Below the pieces are notes generated by a model. It ran no database searches and had not been told where the DNA came from. It saw nothing but the letters and a program-made list of their open reading frames with translations. Made by a program: the position numbers and the translations under genes. Of a DNA stretch of 64,000 nucleotides, positions 12,722 through 24,589 are shown in pieces. The number at the start of each line of letters is the position of its first letter. Position 1 is the stretch's first letter. This stretch comes from Squalus acanthias (Eukaryota): contig CM059433.1 of the NCBI GenBank assembly GCA_030390025.1, positions 29,018,001 to 29,082,000 of the forward strand, in the 5' to 3' direction.

Positions 12722-13158
12722 GTGTCAATCGTGGCTCAGTTGGGTAGCACTGTCACTTCTGAGTCAGGAGGTCATGGGTTCAAGACCCATTCTAGAGACT
12801 TGAGCATAAAATCTCAGCTGACACTCCCGGTGCAGTACTGAGGGAGTGCTACACTGTCAGAGGTGCCGTCTTTCAGATGAGATGTTAAACCGAGGCCCTG
12901 AATGCCCTCTCAGGTGGAGATTCTATTTTGAAGAAGAGCAGGGGAGTTCTCCCTGGTGTCCTGGACCCAATATTTATCCCTCAATCACTAAAACAGATTA
13001 TCTGGTCATTATCACATTGCTGTTTGTGTGCAAATTGGCTGCCGCATTTCCTATATTAAAACAGTGACTGCATTTCAAAATACTTTATTGGCTGTAAAGC
13101 GCTTTGGGACGTCCAAAGGTAGTAAAAGGTGCTATATAAAGGCAAGTTCTTTCTTTCT
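12722..13158 (+). repeat. SacSINE1-like SINE
   Basis: Same head, core and tail. Confidence 0.8.
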
Positions 13159-13734
13159 TACTTACCTCTGGAACCTGGATCAGCTCTGGCTCAAATTCAG
13201 TGGCCTCTCTCCCCTGGCCATAAGGGGACTACCTAAAACAGGTGTGGGCGGTCTCCACACAAATGTCAATGGGGTCGGTATACAATACAAAACTGTTCAA
13301 AATCTGCCACTAATGGGGCGATTCCACTCATAAAGGTCATAGGTTTGGTGCTGTGCAAAGTTGTAAAAATCTTAGGGGGAAAAATTAGGTCGCGCCCCGT
13401 TTGGGGCACAAATATCGTCTGGACGCAAAAATTAGCGCCTGGCGCTAATTATCGCCACTGACTGGAAACTTCACTTTTACCGCCCCGGGAGGTGAGTGGA
13501 GCGCTAAATCAGGCGCTGCACACCTGTCTTAAGGCGCAAAGGCCGAGCAGTGAGGCGCTAACTCAGCGCGCGAGCGCAGCGCAGGTGCTGCCAGTTAGCG
13601 AGGGAACACAGACACACTGGCGCCGGCCAGTTCTTAAAGGGGGGGGGGGGCATCTTGCTCCCCAGCCACACCCTGCTCATTGCAGCCTTGAATCTCGGCC
13701 TGGAGAGACCTGTGAATCCATTTTGCTGCCAAGG

Positions 13735-15500
13735 ATGGAGAGGGTGAGAGAACGAGCTCAGCGCTTCACCGAGCGGGCCTTGGATGCTCTGGTTGGCGCG
13801 GTGGAGCACAGAAGATGTATACTCTTCCCTGAGAATGGCAGGAGGCCTTTGCCACGCGAGTACAGAAGAGTGTGGAGGGAGGTGGCTCAGAGCGTCTCCT
13901 CCAGGAGCATGGTGCCCAGGACCCATGTTCAATGCCGCAAAAAGTTCAACGACCTCACTCGGGTCGTCAGGGTGAGTGGCTTTTTCTCAATACCTCTCCA
14001 TCTCTCCATCTCAACCTCACTCTATGGCAAGAGGGTCTTAAAACCCCAATGTACAACACTCATCCAACACCTATGGCCCTTTCATGAAACACACACACAC
14101 ATTCCACACTTTGCATACAGTAAGGGCTATTCACCTATGGGAGGCACATCAGGCAAGACCATGGCTGTCTATTTACTCAGATGCTGTCCTTTTTCTTGCA
14201 GGCCAAGCTGGCGCATAATAGGAGACAGCAGCAACGGACAGGTGGAGGGCGGCCTCAGCTGCAACCCCTCAGCGATCTTGAGGAGCGCGTCCACAGGATT
14301 GTGGCAAGCCGGGTGATCGGTCCCATCGCCACTGGAGATGCCGACCCCGTTCTGGACAGCAATGGTAAGGTCATCACCTTTTTGTCCTCTGTCCTTCCAC
14401 TTGTCCCTCACAACACCAGCCTTTGACACTTTCAATCCAACTTGCTAACTTGCTGCACTTATTCCTCCCTTACTGCCACCCTGTCCTCACGCTAAAGCCA
14501 CTCTTGTACCTCCCTGCTTTCAGATAGTGATTCACCAGCTGAGGAGACGGGCCCTGAAGCTGCCAGTGGGAGTGAAGCTGCAGCCGAGGAGGAAGAGGAA
14601 GCCGGAGCATCAGTGCCACCCTCTCCCGAGGAAGCCCATGCCCACACTGGGAACACGCCTTCCCTGGAGGGGAGTAGGGGGGAAGGGTCTGATGAGGGTG
14701 AAGCTCCAGGACCCAGCGGGCTGCAGCAACGCCATGGGGGTAGGGAAGAATGGGGGCCTTCTCCCCAGAGGGAGAGTATGCCAGTGACTCCTACTGCAAT
14801 GGACGCAGAGGAGGAGCGGCTGATCGCAGAAATGAACACCCAGGCGGTGGGCATGCACACTGAGCTCATGGGTGCAGTGGGAAGGGTGCCCGAATGCACT
14901 GAGTCACTGGCAAGGAGTGTGGAGCACTTCGCTGTAGCACAGGCGGATGCCACACTAATGCTTAGTGCTGCAATTCAGTCACTGACTGCCGTGATCCCAT
15001 CTCTGACTGCTCTCATGCAGACTCAGATTGAGGCCACGCGAGCACTGACTGCTGCCAACCTCGATGGTTCGTTCACATGTCCCCGGGGCTCTCACCGCGC
15101 CGCAGCAGGCCAGCAATCTGTGCTCCAGCAGATTGCTCCGGATGCTGAAGTGCTGCCCCTTGGGAGTGCCAGTGTGTCGGTCGAGCAGGGAGTTGCTGTC
15201 CTCTCTCACGATGACAGCATTCCTGCTGCCAACACTGTCACTTCTCCACTGCACTTGCCACCGCCTGTAGGACAGACTGCTGCCGCCCATGCAGAGTTGG
15301 TGCAGTCTGCAGCCGGGCCCTCCAGGCCCAGAACTGGTCGAGGCCGTCCTTCAGGGGCATCTGCAGTGTCAGGGTCTGACAATCAGCAGCCTTCCACCAG
15401 CCTTGCTGCAGCCACTGAGGTCCCATTACGGAGGAGCAGTAGGGTTAGAAGGGGGGAAGTGCGCAAGGGAAGGAGATCACCCTCGAAGGGCAAAAAGTAG
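13735..15500 (+). CDS. Harbinger Myb/SANT-like (MSANTD/trihelix-type) DNA-binding protein, 3 exons: 13735-13971, 14202-14364, 14524-15500 (~458 aa)
   Basis: Exon 1 MERVRERAQRFTERALDALV...VWREVAQSV...RTHVQCRKKFNDLTRVVR with donor gtgagt. Acceptor ttttcttgcag then AKLAHNRRQQQRTGGG, donor gtaagg (phase 1). Acceptor ctttcag in frame with ORF 14613-15500: acidic linker, helical region, basic C-terminus. No internal stops in the spliced model. Confidence 0.85.
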
Positions 15501-15812
15501 GAGGTGTGACAAAATGCTGGTCATTTTTTTATTAAAGGTCGAGGTTCATGGTCCAACTTTTGTTTAGTGTTTTGGACATTATCTCCAGGTTGTGAGAACC
15601 AGTTATGTTATTGACTGTTTTTTTGTGTTTATTTCTATGAGTTTGTCATGAGGAAATGACACACACAGAGTTTGTAAAATAAATAAGTTTTTGTATTCAA
15701 AATATACATGTTTGGTGTTTGGAATCATTGGTGCCTTGGCCGGCTTAGGGGTTGCGTGCTGGGTTCATTGATGTTGTTAGCAATGGCAGAAGCCATTTCC
15801 ACAGCAGGGGCC

Positions 15813-16962
15813 CTAGAAGCGGCTTGCTATCAGCCGTTGACGGACGGCCCTTGCAGTTTCACCATTGTGGGTCGCCCTCCCGCCTTGGTGCTGCTGATGA
15901 TCATCCTCCTCGTCCTCTTCCTCCTCCTCCTCTGGTGGTGCTCCAAGGCCTGGTGGCATTGGCTGGGTCCTGACGATTGCCATGTTATGCAACATGCAGC
16001 ACACAACTACGAAGTTGGATACTCGCTCAGGCGAGTACTGCAGGGCTCCTCCAGAATGGTCGAGACAGCGGAACCGTTGCTTCAGCACGCCGATTGTGCG
16101 CTCAATGATGTTCCTGGTAGCTTGATGGCTCTCGTTGTACCGCAGCTCAGCAGGGGTGTTGGGCGTACGGAGCGGTGTCATCAGCCAGGTGCTCAATGGA
16201 TACCCCTTGTCCCCGAGAAGCCAACCAACTGGCTGATGCGGTGCCTCAAAGTTCTGCCACAGTAGTCTGGCGCAGGATGAAAGCATCGTGGCAGCTGCCA
16301 GGATAGTGGGCATTGACAGCGAGTATCAGCTGTCTGTGGTCACAGACCAACTGAACATTCAAGGAATGGAACCCCTTTCTGTTCCGGAATTCCTCGGCAT
16401 TCTCATGTGGAGCACGCAAAGCCACATGCGTGCAGTCAATGGCGCCCTGCACCATGGGGAAGCCCGCTATCCTCGCAAAGCCCAGAGCGCGGTCACGCTG
16501 CTTGTCTGGGGTCATGGGGAAAGAGATGAACTCTCGTCTCCTTTTAAAGAGGGCATTTGTGACCTGCCGGACGCAGCAATGCACCGCGAACTGGGAGATA
16601 TTGGCGAGGTCCCCAGCAGCAGCTTGAAATGAGCCAGTAGTATAGAAGTTGAGAGCCACTGTGACCTTCACTGCCACCGACAGAGACGTCCTGGACCTCA
16701 GTTGAGGCTGCAGATCTGGCTGCAGCAGGTGGCAGAGCTCAGTGACCACCTCCTTGCTGAATCGCAGCCTTCGCAAACACAGCTCCTCAGACATATGAAT
16801 GTAGGAGAGCTGTTCACGATATACCCTGGGAGGGTAAGCTCTCCTGTACATACGCCTGTTGGCCCTCCTCCGTCTGGCCATCATTGCCACTCTCTCTCTG
16901 CGTCTCTGTGTCCTCTGATTCAGCTGGAGCAGGACGACGCCCCCATTCAGTGCAGCCCCCAT
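15813..16962 (-). pseudogene. HARBI1-like DDE transposase with a single frameshift near 16250
   Basis: ATG at 16962 (MGAALNGG). Motifs [35 protein letters not shown] lie in ORF 16246-17031. [42 protein letters not shown] lie in ORF 15813-16313. Confidence 0.92.
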
Positions 16963-18078
16963 AGTCTCTTTGCAAGCAAAGTTATGAAGGACAGCAACCA
17001 AAGTACCAGCGAAGTTAGGATCAGTAGGCAAAACTACCTCACAAAGCGTTGACTCAATGCAGAAGTCTCTCTTTCTCTCTCTCCGAATCTCTCTCTCTCT
17101 CTCTCAGAACGAGTGGTGCAAAAATGTCAACCACAGAAAAAGACAGGAAGAGGCCCCCTTTAAATAGCGCCCCCCCCAGCCCCACAGCGATTGATAGCGT
17201 TCCAGTCTTCCGGTCGTTGGATGCGCCAGGCGGTAAGGCAGGGGGCGCCACTCAATTTCCGCTCCGGGGCGCCACAAGGGCGTTGCACCATGGAATGACG
17301 TCACAATCTGCGCGCGCAGGTGGTCGTGGCGGTAAAGTTTAGCGCCGCCGCACAATGTCTAGTTAAGTTCCCGAGCGGCGCAAACATCGCTGCGCCCGGG
17401 CGCTAGCGGCTTTGCGCCCCATTAGCGCCCTCTTAAGGCGCTAACGGGAGGCGCAACCAACTGAATTTTCCCCCCTTATTTTTTTAATTATATTTTGTGC
17501 AGCAAAGAGTGCTTTTATCATACTGAGATAAATAAGGCAATTGTTAAGGCGGAACAGAGGCAGCTTTTCTCTGTTTACGATCTATTCAACACTTAAATTG
17601 GGAGATAAGTAGATAATTCCATCCAAGATATATAAGCCTATGAGAAGATATGTGCAGACAAGAATCCAAAAGATACTGAATGGAAAACTCAATGAAAGAA
17701 AGACAAGCCACAATCAAAGCATATAGCCGCAATAAGAAAAACTGATGGTGAATAAAAAGAAATCACAACTAACATGATTAGGAGATGAGTTAAGCGTGCC
17801 ATGACAAAGGGAAATTTTCAACAGATTAACAGCTGACATGTGGCAATCAAGGCATTTATTCATCTCATACTGCAGGAATGCCATTACACAATGGGATACA
17901 TAAAGATTTCCCGTTTTACTATAAATACAGAAAATCCAAGATAGTGAAATAAACCATATTGAAGCAATCTCATTGAAACAAAACCATGGACAAAAAGGTT
18001 TTGAAAATAAATCTGTAGGTCATGTATTGGGCGTTACAAGGTCACACAGCACAGGTAGGTTCTGGTCACAGTTACCAC

Positions 18079-18236
18079 CAATGTTCCTGTAAGCTGCGCG
18101 GCCATAGCCTGGAGGTCCCGTGCAGGCCGCTCACCGGCTTTTAAATGGAACAAACCACCAATGCGCGATAATTTGAATGGGCCGCGCAGCCTGTTAAAGG
18201 GGCCGCGCACCCAAAAACAAATTAGCGGGAATATTG
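18079..18236. mobile_element. hAT-type MITE
   Basis: CAATGTTCC ... GGAATATTG TIR with perfect 8-bp TSD GTTACCAC. Confidence 0.85.
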
Positions 18237-18741
18237 GTTACCACTCATCTAATTTTGAACTGCATAGACAAGTTTTTAAATGGGTTGTCTGTAATTTATC
18301 AGAGTGCAAGTATGCCAAATATGTCATCATACTAGCTCTTCCTTCACCTTACAGAAGTTTACAGCACAGCAAGAGGTCATTTGGCCCACTGTGCCTGTGA
18401 CGGCTCTTTGTTCGAGCAATCCTAAATGAATCCCACTGGCACAGTCTCACCATGCCTTGTATTGTCCTTTCCTTCAAATAATTTATCTAATTTTCGCTTA
18501 AAAGATTCAGTGGCCTCTACCTCAATCACGTTCTGTGACGAGGGTTGCCAACTCTGGTTCTGCCTGCCTAGGAGGGGAACTTCAAATGCTACCCTCAGGC
18601 CTGGCCAACAAATGGAGCAAGGCCCTAAACCTGCAGAAATCTAGTAGACTGGATTTTCATCAGAATTCCCGCCATGACCACCCCGTTTGATCCTGAAATC
18701 TGGGCAGTAGCAATACAAAAGTGAGCCCCAAAATTTCCTTT

Positions 18742-19207
18742 ATTGCATTTACTGTATATAGCGCTTTTCACAACTACCGGACATCCCAAAGCGCTTCACA
18801 GCCAATTATAGTACTTTTTGAAGTGCAGTCACTGTTGTAATGTAGGAAACGCAGCAGCCAATTTGCGCACAGCAAGGTCCCACAAACAGCAATGTGATAA
18901 TGACCAGATAATCTGTTTTCAGTGATGCTGACTGAGGGATAAATATTGACCAGGACACCAGGGATAACTCCCCTGCTCTTCTTCGAAATAGTGCCCTGGG
19001 ATCTTTTACGTCCGCCTGAGAGAGTAGACGGGGCCTCGGTTTAACATCTCATCCGAAAGACGGCAGCTCCGACAGTGCAGCGCTCCCTCAGTACTGCACT
19101 GCAGTGTCAGCCTAGAGTTTTGTGCTCAAGTCTCATGGAGTGGAACTTGAACCCACAACCATCTCACTCAGTGGCAAGAGTGCTACCCACTGAGCCACAG
19201 CTGACAC
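18742..19207 (-). repeat. SacSINE1-like SINE
   Basis: Same head, core and tail. Confidence 0.85.
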
Positions 19208-20239
19208 CAAAGGATATGGAGACTATCAAAGATGCACTGATTTAGCCACGGAACTATGAGAGAACTGGAGGTTGTGCATTCTGAGGCCATGTGATCTGAA
19301 GGAAGTTGATGGACATGGAGTAGAATCATCAGTGAAAGGATGGATAGGACTGGATGAAAAATGGAGTAGTCCACTGATTTGAAGACATAGTGAGAGATGA
19401 GCCGAGCCCACAGGAACCCTTGAATGTTACACAGTGAATTTTAACCTAAAAAAACCGGGTGAGTTGGGGGTGTGAGGGGTAGTTAAAGTGTTAAAAATCG
19501 GAATCCCAACCTGAACACGCCCACTTCCGGTTTTAACCGAGGCGGGGTGGGGGTGAGGGGGAGGGGCGGGATGTTCTCCCGGGTTTCCTGACTGCCGCGA
19601 AGCCTCCCCGCCCCCAACCCGCCTTCTCCATTAAAATTCAGCCCTACAACACAGAAACAGGCCATTCGGCCCAATGGGTCTATGCCGGTGTTTATGCTTC
19701 ACACGAGCCTCCTCCCACCCTACTTCATCTCACCCTATCAGCATAACCTTCTATCCCTTTCTCCCTCATGTGCTTATCTAGCTTCCCCTTAAATGCATCA
19801 ATGATATTTGCCTCAACTACTCCCTGTGGGAGCGAGTTCCACATTCTCACCACTCTCTGGGTAAAGCAGATTCTCCTGAATTCCCTACTGGATTTATTAG
19901 TGACTATCTTATATTTATGACTCCTTAATCAATGGTGGGATGCGGCGAGCGGGGGGGGGCGTTGGGTGGGGTCGAAGAGTCAAAAGACAAGCCATCAACT
20001 TCAACACCAATAGAGCAATTTAATAGGCAACTAGATAATCATGAACAGGTGAGACAATATGATGGCAATTTACTTCGAAGTGCTTGGTACCAGACCCATC
20101 AAAGAAAGATCAGTCACTGACAGATGATCAAAGTTTCCAATAAATTTGCTCCATCAACAAATAAAACTTCAGAATAATGGCCATTATCCCGCCACCTGTT
20201 TAGTTTAGGACTTGGCAAAAAGATCCTCCAGTCTGTGCC

Positions 20240-20890
20240 AAGTCGCAGTGCACAGTTCTGGTCTCCTGATTATAACTGTGCACTGTCCTGGTGTCCATTA
20301 TAAAAAGGATATAGAGGCACTGGGGACGTTACAAAAAAGATTTACAAATATGATACCAGAACTGAGAGGTTATAACTATCAGGAGAGAGTGAACAGGCTG
20401 GGGCTCTTTTCTTTAGAAATGTGAAGACTGAGGAGTGACCTGATAGAGGTCTTTCAGATTATGAATGAGTTCAACAGGTTAAAATTGAGAGGTCGCACAA
20501 CACCAGGTTATAGTCCAACAGTTTTATTTGAAATCACTACAACAGGTTAGACAGAGAAGATATTTCCACTCATGGGGGAGATCAAAACTAGGGGCCAAAA
20601 ATATAAGATAGTCACCAATAAATCCAATAGGGAATTCAGGAGAAACTTCTGTGCCCAGGGAATAGTGAGAATGTGGAACTCCCTACCACAAGGAGTAGTT
20701 GAGGCAAATAGCATAGATGCATTTAAGGGGAAGCGAGATAAACACATGAGGGAGAAAGGAATAGAAGGATATGTTGATAGGGTTAGATGAAGAGAGGTGG
20801 GAGGAGGCTCATGTGGAGCATAAACACCGGCATGGACCTGTTGGGCCGAATGGCCTGTTTCTGGGCTGTACATTCAATGTAATTCTATGT
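20240..20890 (+). mobile_element. CR1 3' fragment with small internal insertion (~20487-20540)
   Basis: LQKRFTNMIPELRGYNYQERVNRLGLFSLE; RRNFCAQGIVRMWNSLP. Confidence 0.85.
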
Positions 20891-21186
20891 GAAGTTATCT
20901 AATCTCATCCAAATCAGCCACATGCTGAGACCTGAGTCATATGGTGTGAAGTGTAACTGTTACTGTGCCATTAGCTGACGTTCTATTTATTGTTGATAGT
21001 TTGATTGCTTCGCTCTGAATACTGTGCAAGATTCAGATTTTACTCGTGTCAGAAAGCAGTGCTTCAGAGGTAAAACCTTAAAGAATAACTTTTAATTAAT
21101 TTGAATATTAGACGGTTCTAAAATATAGGCAGTGCATTGAGTTTTATTAAAGATGACATATATAGACCACACTAGCTTGCCTCTAA

Positions 21187-21607
21187 GGTGTCAGCTGTAG
21201 CTCAGTGGTAGCATTCTCGCCTCTGATTCAGAAGGTCGTGGGTTCCACTCCAGAGACGTTTGAACACAAAATCTAGGCTGACACTCCAGTGCAGTAGTGA
21301 GGAAGTTCAGTACTCGACGTTAAATCATGGCCCCGTCTACCCTCTCACATCGATGTAAAAGATCCCATGACACTATTGGAAGAAGAGCAGGGGAGTTCTC
21401 CCCGATGTGCTGGCCAATATTTATCCCTCAACCAACATCACTAAAACAGATTATCTGGTCATGACCACATTGTGGGAGCTTGCTGTGCACAAATTGGCTG
21501 CTGTATTTCCTATTTATAACAATGACTACACATAAAAATACCTCATTGGCTGTAAAGTACATTATTGGGTATGTCCCGAGGTAGTGAAAGGTGCGATATA
21601 AATGCAA
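21187..21607 (+). repeat. SacSINE1-like SINE
   Basis: Same head, core and tail. Confidence 0.8.
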
Positions 21608-22015
21608 CATCTCATGGCATAATACAAATATCCCCAATTTATACTCCATGTATGAAAGTTGTACTGAACATTGAAAAATGTCTCAAGGCACTTCACAGAG
21701 GCACAAGCAGAATAATGGACAACAGAACCAAACTTCTTCCATTGGAAGTGTCTCTGTATTATAGCCTGGCGCTATCGCGGCCAGCTCTGCCCCATTTATA
21801 TGGTAGGAGTAGATTATAGGCCCCCTAACAGCAGAGTATAAATCAGGAAATTAGAGGTGCATGTAACAAGGGTAATACAGTAATCATGGTGGACTTTAAT
21901 TTTCATATAGACTGGGCAAACCAAATTTGCAGTAAAAATACAGAGGATGAGTTCATAGAATGCATTCAAGATAAGTTTTCTAGATCAGTATGTCGAGGAG
22001 CCAACTAGGGAACAG

Positions 22016-23198
22016 CCCCCTTCCTGTAAGGACTCTATTCCATTCTCCCAGTTTCTCCATCTCCAATGCATCTGTTCTGACGATGCCACCAGCCATATTA
22101 GTGCTTCCGATATGTCTTCCTTTTTCCTTAACCAAAGATTCCCCTCTACCGTGGTTGACATGGCCCTCGACCTTGTCCGTTCCATTTCCTGCACTTCTGC
22201 TCTCACCCCTTCCCCTCCCTCCCAGAACCACAATAGGGTTCTCCTTGTACTCACCTTTCACCCCACCAGCCTCCACATTCAACGGATCATCCTCCGCTAT
22301 TTCTGCCACCTCCAGCGTGAGCCCACCACCAAATGCATCTCCCCCTCCCCTCCCAGCATTCTGAAGGGACCGCTTCCGCCGCGACACTTTGGTCCACTCT
22401 TCAGTCATCCAGAACACCCCCTCCCCTTCCCACGATACCTTCTCGTGCAAGCGCAGGAGATGCAACACCTGCCCTTTTACCTCCTCCCTTCCCACTGGCC
22501 AGGGCCCCAAACACTCCTTCCAGGTGAAACAGCGATTTACTTGTACATCTTGCAATTTACTATACTGTATTCACTGCTCACGATGCGGTCTCCTCTACAT
22601 TGGGGAGACCAAACGCAGATTAGGTGACCGCTTTGTGGAACAGCTCCATTCAGTCCGCAAGCATGACCCCCGAGCTTCCAGTTGCCTGTCATTTTAATTC
22701 CCCGCTCCAATCCCACTCTGACCTCTCTGTCCTCGGCCTCTTACACTGTTCCAATGAAGCTCAGCGTAAGCTCGAGGAACAGCTCCTTATCTTTTGATTA
22801 GGCACTTTACAGCCTTCTGGACTCAACATCACGTTCAACAATTTCAGACCATAACCTTTGCACCTATTTTTTCAGATGGCAGCTGTTGATGATCCTGCTA
22901 TTCCCATTTACACCTCTTCTAGACCTATCTTTTGTTTCTTTACTTGTTCCATTACCATCTCCTTTTGCTTTGTACAATCGTTCCTTTTTTTTATTTTATC
23001 ACTCTTGCCTTCCACCCTATCACAGACCTTCCCTTTTGTTCTTTCCTCCCCTCCCTCCTTTCCCTGCCCCTGCGTCTGCTTAAAATCTGTTACATCTCAA
23101 ATTTTTTCCAGTTCTGACGAAAGGTCATCGACCTGAAACATTAACTCTGTTTCTCTCTCCATAGATGCTGCCTGACCAGCATTTTCTGTTTTTATAAT
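22016..23198 (+). mobile_element. Penelope-like element 3' part (GIY-YIG endonuclease) inserted in CR1
   Basis: CKRRRCNTC, FTCTSCNLLYCIHCSRCGLLYIGETKRRLGDRFVE. 10-bp duplication TAGGGAACAG at 22006-22015 and 23199-23208. Confidence 0.88.
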
Positions 23199-24350
23199 TA
23201 GGGAACAGGCTAATTTAGATCTATTATTGTGCAGTGAGACAGGATTAATTAATAACCTTGTAGTAAAGAAGCCTCTGGGGAGCAGTGATCATAATATGAT
23301 AGAAATTTATGTTGAGTTTGAGAGTGATTTAGTTAAATCCGAAACTAAGGTTAAATCTGAACAAAGCAAACTACATAGGTATGAGAGGCAAGTTGGCTAA
23401 GGTAGGTTGGGAAACTACATTAAAAGATATGACGGCAGATAAGCAATGGCAAACATTTAAAGAAATAATTCATAATTCACAACAAATATACATTCCCTTA
23501 AGGAATAAAAATCCCATGGAGAAAACCGCGGCTAACAAGAGAAGTTAAAGATAGTATTAGATTAAAGGAAGAGGCTTATAATGTTGCCAAAAAGAGTAGG
23601 AGGCCTGAGGATTGGGAGGATTTTAGAATTCAGCAAAGGAGGACCAAGAAATTAATCAAGAGAGAGAAAATAGAATGAGAGTAAACTAGCAAGAGACATA
23701 AAAAGATTGTAAAAGCTTCTATAGGTATGTAAAAAGCAAGAGATTAGCGAAAGTAAACGCAGGTCCCTTACAGGCAGAGACAAGAGAAATTATAATGGGG
23801 AATAAGGAAATGGCAGAGACATTAAAACAAATACGGTGTATCTGTCTTCACGGAAGAAGACACAAAAAACATTCCGGAAATAGTGGGGAACCAAGGGTCT
23901 AGTGAGAATGAGGAACTTAAAGAAATTAGTATTAGTAAAGAAGTAATACTGGAGAAATTAATGGGACTAAAAGCCAACAAATCCCCTGGACCTGATGGCC
24001 TACATCCTAGGGTTTTAAAAGAAGTGGCTACAGAGATAGTGAATGCATTGGTTTTGATCTTCCAGAATTCCCTCGATTCTACAACAGTCAACGCGAATTG
24101 GAAGGTAGCAAATGTAACACCGCTATTCAAGAAAGGAGGGAGAGAGAAAACAGGGAACTACAGACCAGTTAGCCTGACATCAGTAGTAGGGGAAATGCTA
24201 GAATCTATTATTAGGGACGTGGTAACAGGGCACTTAGAAAATCATAATATGATTAGGCAGAGTCAACCCGGATTTATGAAAGTGAAATTGTGTTTGACAA
24301 ATCTATTAGAGTTTTTGGAAGTTGTAACTAGCAGGGTTGATAAGGGAGGA

Positions 24351-24589
24351 TCACTCAGAGGGTGGTGAACCCGTGAAATTCTCTACCACAGAAGGCTGTG
24401 GAGGCCAAGTCACTGAATATATTTAAGAAGGAGATAGATAGATTTTTAGACACAAAAGGCGTCAAGGGGTATGGGGAGAGAGCGGGAATATGGTATTGAG
24501 ATAGAGGATCAGCCATGATCATATTGAATGGCGGAGCAGGCTCGAAGCGCTGAATGGCCTACTCCTGCTCCTATTTTTCTATGTTTCTA
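24351..24589 (+). mobile_element. Short CR1 3' end nested in the CR1 RT region
   Basis: TCACTCAGAGGGTGGTGAA ... CTACTCCTGCTCCTATTTTTCTATGTTTCTAT interrupts VDKG/EPVDVVY. Confidence 0.8.

Larger units (their letters stand above)
13375..17475. mobile_element. Full-length PIF/Harbinger DNA transposon (~4.1 kb) with two convergent genes
   Basis: Left end GGGGGAAAAATT, right end AATTTTCCCCCC, flanked by TTA at 13372-13374 and 17476-17478. Subterminal TAGCGCC/GGCGCTA repeats. Contains Myb-like and DDE transposase genes. Confidence 0.95.

Noticed and set aside
13166..13232. Minus-strand exon-like segment with ttttag acceptor and gtaagt donor
   Set aside because: Stop codons in all three frames.
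16240..16262. Programmed ribosomal frameshift in the transposase
   Set aside because: No slippery heptamer seen; a small indel or assembly error is simpler.
15813..16962. Domesticated host gene HARBI1 (and NAIF1/MSANTD for the Myb gene)
   Set aside because: Both lie inside TIRs with a TSD and have non-autonomous relatives nearby, so they are transposon genes.
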